A DNA stretch of 64,000 bases, from IMG/VR virus record IMGVR_UViG_3300037067_013225, positions 128,001-192,000 of that record; one strand, written 5' to 3'. The notes under the pieces were generated by a model. That model saw only the letters and a program-made list of their open reading frames with translations. It was not told the origin of the DNA and searched no databases. A program made the translations under genes and the position numbers. Positions 60,522 to 64,000 of the stretch are shown here, in pieces (within the stretch, counting starts at the first letter, position 1; each line of letters opens with the position of its first letter). Source of the DNA: a virus (lineage: Duplodnaviria > Caudoviricetes).

Positions 60522-61478
60522 TTGGCAAAAAAGAACGAAGAGAAAAGCGATATCACAACACTATTTGATAAAATTAATAAACAATATGGTTCCGGCACAT
60601 TAAAATCGGCGACAGATGCGATTGATGCGGAACGAATATCGACCGGTAGTATCGTATTAGATCAGCTTACAAAGGGTGGTGTTCCGCGCGGATTTATCAC
60701 ACATATATATGGATCGGAAGGTGCCGGTAAAACAACATTAGCTTTACGAATAGCGAAAGAAGCCCAAAAAATTGGGCTTGGTGTAATGTATATCGATGTA
60801 GAGCAAACAGTTCGCGCTTCATATTTGGATTCGTTAGGTATAAATACAGACATAGATAAGTTTGTTTTATCCAGTGCTTCATTGGGAGAGGATGTAATTC
60901 AGATTGTTAGAGAGGTTTCTGAATCTGGATTGTTCGGATTAATTATTGTGGATTCTGTAGCGGCCATGACATCTAAAATGGAGCTTGACGGTTCATTCGG
61001 AGATGCTATAATGGGCGTTAAAGCACGTCTTATGTCGCAAATGGCGCGTGTATTGCCTAAGATTATCAACGATAATAATGTAGCTTTAATCTTTATTAAT
61101 CAAATGCGTGATAGTATCGGCCCATATGGAGGGAAACCTATTCCTGGTGGCCGAGGTCTTAAATATTCAAGTGCGTTGGCATTAGAGTTAATCCGAATTA
61201 AAAAAACGCCCGATCATATTGTTGTTAAAACAACCGTAGAAAAAAATAAATTTGGGAAATCGTTTGATAGTGCCGAGATACAAGTATTTTTCGGCAGAGG
61301 AACGGATATTTATTATGAATTAGTGGAGCTTGGAGAGGAGCATAAACTATGGACAAAAGGTGGCGCATGGTATACATATGGTGAACAAAAATTCCAGGGT
61401 GCCGATAAATTGGTAGAATATCTCCGCACCCTGTCAGAAGATGAATTAGATATCCTGATCGACAAATGTAAGCAATAG
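60522..61478 (+). CDS. recA: RecA recombinase
   Basis: ISTGS..LD, GGVPRG, YGSEGAGKTT, YIDVEQ, IVDSVAA, ARLMSQ, FINQMR, PGGRGLKY, KNK, GAWY. Confidence 0.93.
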   Translation: MAKKNEEKSDITTLFDKINKQYGSGTLKSATDAIDAERISTGSIVLDQLTKGGVPRGFITHIYGSEGAGKTTLALRIAKEAQKIGLGVMYIDVEQTVRASYLDSLGINTDIDKFVLSSASLGEDVIQIVREVSESGLFGLIIVDSVAAMTSKMELDGSFGDAIMGVKARLMSQMARVLPKIINDNNVALIFINQMRDSIGPYGGKPIPGGRGLKYSSALALELIRIKKTPDHIVVKTTVEKNKFGKSFDSAEIQVFFGRGTDIYYELVELGEEHKLWTKGGAWYTYGEQKFQGADKLVEYLRTLSEDELDILIDKCKQ

Positions 61479-61485
61479 GATCAAG

Positions 61486-61878
61486 ATGCCAAACGAATTA
61501 TATGATGCATTATATTCGGTAGACTATTCTGGCCCTATTCTAATTACAAGGCACAAATTCTTTACGGATGTTTTTCCTTTAGGAATCGTTTTTTGGTTTG
61601 AAGTGGGAAGGATGCGCGACGGAAGAAACACTCTGGACATCCATTACAAACTGGTAGATAGCTCTTATCGATATGCCAAGTTTGCTGCCACATATCATGT
61701 TTTCGGATATTGTGTGTGGGAGAGGGATCATTCTGTGTGTGATTTTTATCCAGCCCAGACCTCAGATTTTGGTCTTGATAGATATATGTTATCGAAAGAC
61801 GAACTTTTATCGCACATTAATAATTGTCTTAGCAAATATCTGACGGATTCAGATCGGTGGGTGGAAATTGATTTTTAG
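61486..61878 (+). CDS. hypothetical protein, IDF-tagged
   Basis: 130 aa ending RWVEIDF. Confidence 0.7.
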   Translation: MPNELYDALYSVDYSGPILITRHKFFTDVFPLGIVFWFEVGRMRDGRNTLDIHYKLVDSSYRYAKFAATYHVFGYCVWERDHSVCDFYPAQTSDFGLDRYMLSKDELLSHINNCLSKYLTDSDRWVEIDF

Positions 61879-62206
61879 CATGGAAGAAATCGTGTATCAT
61901 TTCTATGCATTAGATAGCGTACATCCCATAGATTTGGGAATATTTTCCAAATTGGGATATGTGCCGGATTCGTGTTTTATGATAGAGCCATCACAAACAT
62001 ATGACGAATGGATGGTGTATGGATTCGGCCCAAAACGATTACAAGGTTATGCGGGTCGCGGCAATTTGGCACCATGGTTTTTTAGAACTGCCGATAAGCC
62101 AACTTTTAATATTGAAGCGGCAAGTATTGAATCGCTTCTTTTGGCTATAAATGATTATATGATCGGTAGACACCCCATAAAAGAGTGGCAGGAGATTGAC
62201 TTTTGA
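61868..62206 (+). CDS. hypothetical protein, IDF-tagged
   Basis: 112 aa ending EWQEIDF. Confidence 0.7.
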   Translation: MIFSMEEIVYHFYALDSVHPIDLGIFSKLGYVPDSCFMIEPSQTYDEWMVYGFGPKRLQGYAGRGNLAPWFFRTADKPTFNIEAASIESLLLAINDYMIGRHPIKEWQEIDF

Positions 62207-62457
62207 ATACGTTGGATTTGCGCGCTCTCGATATCGGAACATTAGTTTCGACTAAACGTGGATGTGTGTTTATTAAATTTGCTTCAGTTGATAGATCCTG
62301 GTGTAAAGACGAAACTGGCATATGGTACCATCATTGTAATACAATGGGAAACATATGTGCAAATTATTCTGACGAAGTATTATTTAGCGATCAAGAAATC
62401 GCTTCAAAGCATGTAAAACGATTTTATGAAATGCATTATGAGGAGATTGATTTTTGA
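62203..62457 (+). CDS. hypothetical protein, IDF-tagged
   Basis: 84 aa ending HYEEIDF. Confidence 0.7.
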   Translation: MNTLDLRALDIGTLVSTKRGCVFIKFASVDRSWCKDETGIWYHHCNTMGNICANYSDEVLFSDQEIASKHVKRFYEMHYEEIDF

Positions 62458-62699
62458 CAACTCAAGATTTGCGCAATGCGCGGATAGAAACAATCGTATA
62501 CCTGGAATGCGGATGTAGTTATGAAAAACGGTCAATATTCCATTGGATTAAATGTAGAATCGATAGCGATTATGAATTTACCGTTCGATGCTCCCATCCA
62601 TATCGAATGATCCTTACCAACTGCGAACTGGCGCGGTATGCTGTGGCGTTTGTTCCATCGGTCGTACCGGACAGAGAATACGTCATGATCGATTTTTAA
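62454..62699 (+). CDS. hypothetical protein, IDF-tagged
   Basis: 81 aa ending EYVMIDF; N-terminus resembles that of 62203. Confidence 0.7.
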   Translation: MTTQDLRNARIETIVYLECGCSYEKRSIFHWIKCRIDSDYEFTVRCSHPYRMILTNCELARYAVAFVPSVVPDREYVMIDF

Positions 62700-62701
62700 A
62701 C

Positions 62702-62730
62702 TTGACATTCGCACGGTGCTGTGGTACAAT
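62702..62730 (+). promoter_or_regulatory. sigma70-type promoter giving leaderless mRNA
   Basis: TTGACA-17-TACAAT, ATG 62736 5 nt downstream. Confidence 0.8.
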
Positions 62731-62735
62731 CAGGT

Positions 62736-62915
62736 ATGCTTGAGTTGAACGAACTATTCTTGCGTTACCTCGCAATGGGGTTCGAGCCTGACGACGCAAT
62801 GTTATGGGCCAAGAACGAATTTGAGGACAAGAATGAGGATTGTTTAGAGGCAGAGGCTCTACAAAAAGATACTTGGGCAATCACAGATGATAATCTAAAT
62901 CTAGATGAATTATAG
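62736..62915 (+). CDS. small acidic protein (start revised)
   Basis: MLELNELFLRY..NLDEL, Asp/Glu-rich. Confidence 0.55.
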   Translation: MLELNELFLRYLAMGFEPDDAMLWAKNEFEDKNEDCLEAEALQKDTWAITDDNLNLDEL

Positions 62916-62923
62916 GAGATGAT

Positions 62924-63895
62924 ATGGATCTGCAAGATGTTAAAAATCTCGTTACAGCAACAGCACCACTACATGATATCAAGGTGCAATCCAGCGCAAT
63001 CTCTGCGCACGTAACACCCCATAAGCGTATTTATATCGTCCAAAAACATGGCGAAAATCGCATGAATCTACATATCGGGGCGGAACGACAGTTGTATCAG
63101 AAGATCGGATATCCGCAATCTGAACGTTTCACGTCAAAAATCGCCTGGGAAACCATGGATCGAATCATTGACGAATTATATTCCGCCACATACAAAAACG
63201 ACAAAGAACTTCTAATTCGTGCGGATAAAGAAAACGATACTGTTGTGGCATTTTTGTCCAATCGTTATAATCCCTATGATAATCGGGATTTGTTAACGAA
63301 TGTGGAAATTGGCCTATGTGATGTGGCATGGAATCAGGAAATTCACGACCCATATGTGAATGATTACAAGTGTTTGTTTAAGGTTATTTTCCCAGAACAT
63401 TCCGTTACAGATTCGGAAACCGAATTAAATCTGACACCGGGACTGTTTATCTCAAATGATGAAACGGGAAATGGAGCGGTGTATTGTAGTCAGGTTATTT
63501 CTCTAACATATGGAGAAAAACCCCTATATTTTTCTAACGTCAAACATATCAGCGCACAGCGAACCTGCCATACCAGCAAATATGTCGATGCCGCCAATGC
63601 GGTTGTAAAATCGTGCGAAACGCTCCCCAAATTTGCACGAGAATTTATTGCTACGATTCATGATGCGCAATCTCGCAAGCTTAATTTTACCGAATTGTCT
63701 GAGCTTTATGAATATATCGGTAAGACATTGGTTCGCAAGGATGAGGTTAGAAATATTCTCTCATTGTGGGATAATCAGAATCGATCATTATGGACATTGG
63801 GTTTGGCTATCTCTAGAGCCGCCTATGATTACAATCCGTTACGTCGTGCTGAACTTGAGAAACTTGCAACACAGATTTTGGTGAGGAAATATTAA
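62924..63895 (+). CDS. DUF932-like phage protein
   Basis: AFLSNRYNPYDN..GLFISNDETGNGA; AGGAG RBS. Confidence 0.6.
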   Translation: MDLQDVKNLVTATAPLHDIKVQSSAISAHVTPHKRIYIVQKHGENRMNLHIGAERQLYQKIGYPQSERFTSKIAWETMDRIIDELYSATYKNDKELLIRADKENDTVVAFLSNRYNPYDNRDLLTNVEIGLCDVAWNQEIHDPYVNDYKCLFKVIFPEHSVTDSETELNLTPGLFISNDETGNGAVYCSQVISLTYGEKPLYFSNVKHISAQRTCHTSKYVDAANAVVKSCETLPKFAREFIATIHDAQSRKLNFTELSELYEYIGKTLVRKDEVRNILSLWDNQNRSLWTLGLAISRAAYDYNPLRRAELEKLATQILVRKY

Positions 63896-64000
63896 TGTGT
63901 AAAGCTCCCATGGAGCCAATGGGTACGAATTGTTACTTTTGCTCATTTTCATCGGAACGGCAACCCAACATTCTTGAATGCACCCATCCCGATATTGACT

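Noticed and set aside
17027-62699. IDF motif as a purely DNA/RNA-level repeat (attC-like site, SD or terminator)
   Set aside because: Variation is at synonymous positions, always in frame with a stop; MIDF and GAA-coded variants lack GGAG; some copies face convergent genes (57148, 58813).

Overview
A 64-kb segment of a large dsDNA bacteriophage (or phage-like element), AT-rich (roughly 39-40% GC by eye), densely coding, standard genetic code. 1-12.7 kb (+): virion-like genes including a Gly/Ser/Tyr-repeat fibre, then glycosyltransferases. 12.8-35 kb (-): many small genes plus split class II ribonucleotide reductase, HD hydrolase, adenine MTase, DnaE and a MoxR-AAA+/VWA-peptidase pair. 35-64 kb (mostly +): AEP primase, sigma factor, Rad52-like, DnaB, SbcCD, macrodomain, nucleases, NUDIX, RuvB, ClpP-like, RecA. 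No tRNA, rRNA or CRISPR array seen. Main signals: (1) 19 mostly unrelated small proteins end in the same motif [FWYLM]-x-[EM]-I-D-F-stop with free synonymous codon use, suggesting a genome-wide C-terminal address tag; (2) the heptamer TAGAGCC/GGCTCTA occurs about 60 times (about 5 expected), on both strands; (3) a candidate -1 programmed frameshift; (4) a candidate structured RNA with its own promoter and terminator; (5) several leaderless sigma70-type promoters. All family calls come from motif recognition by eye, not database searches.
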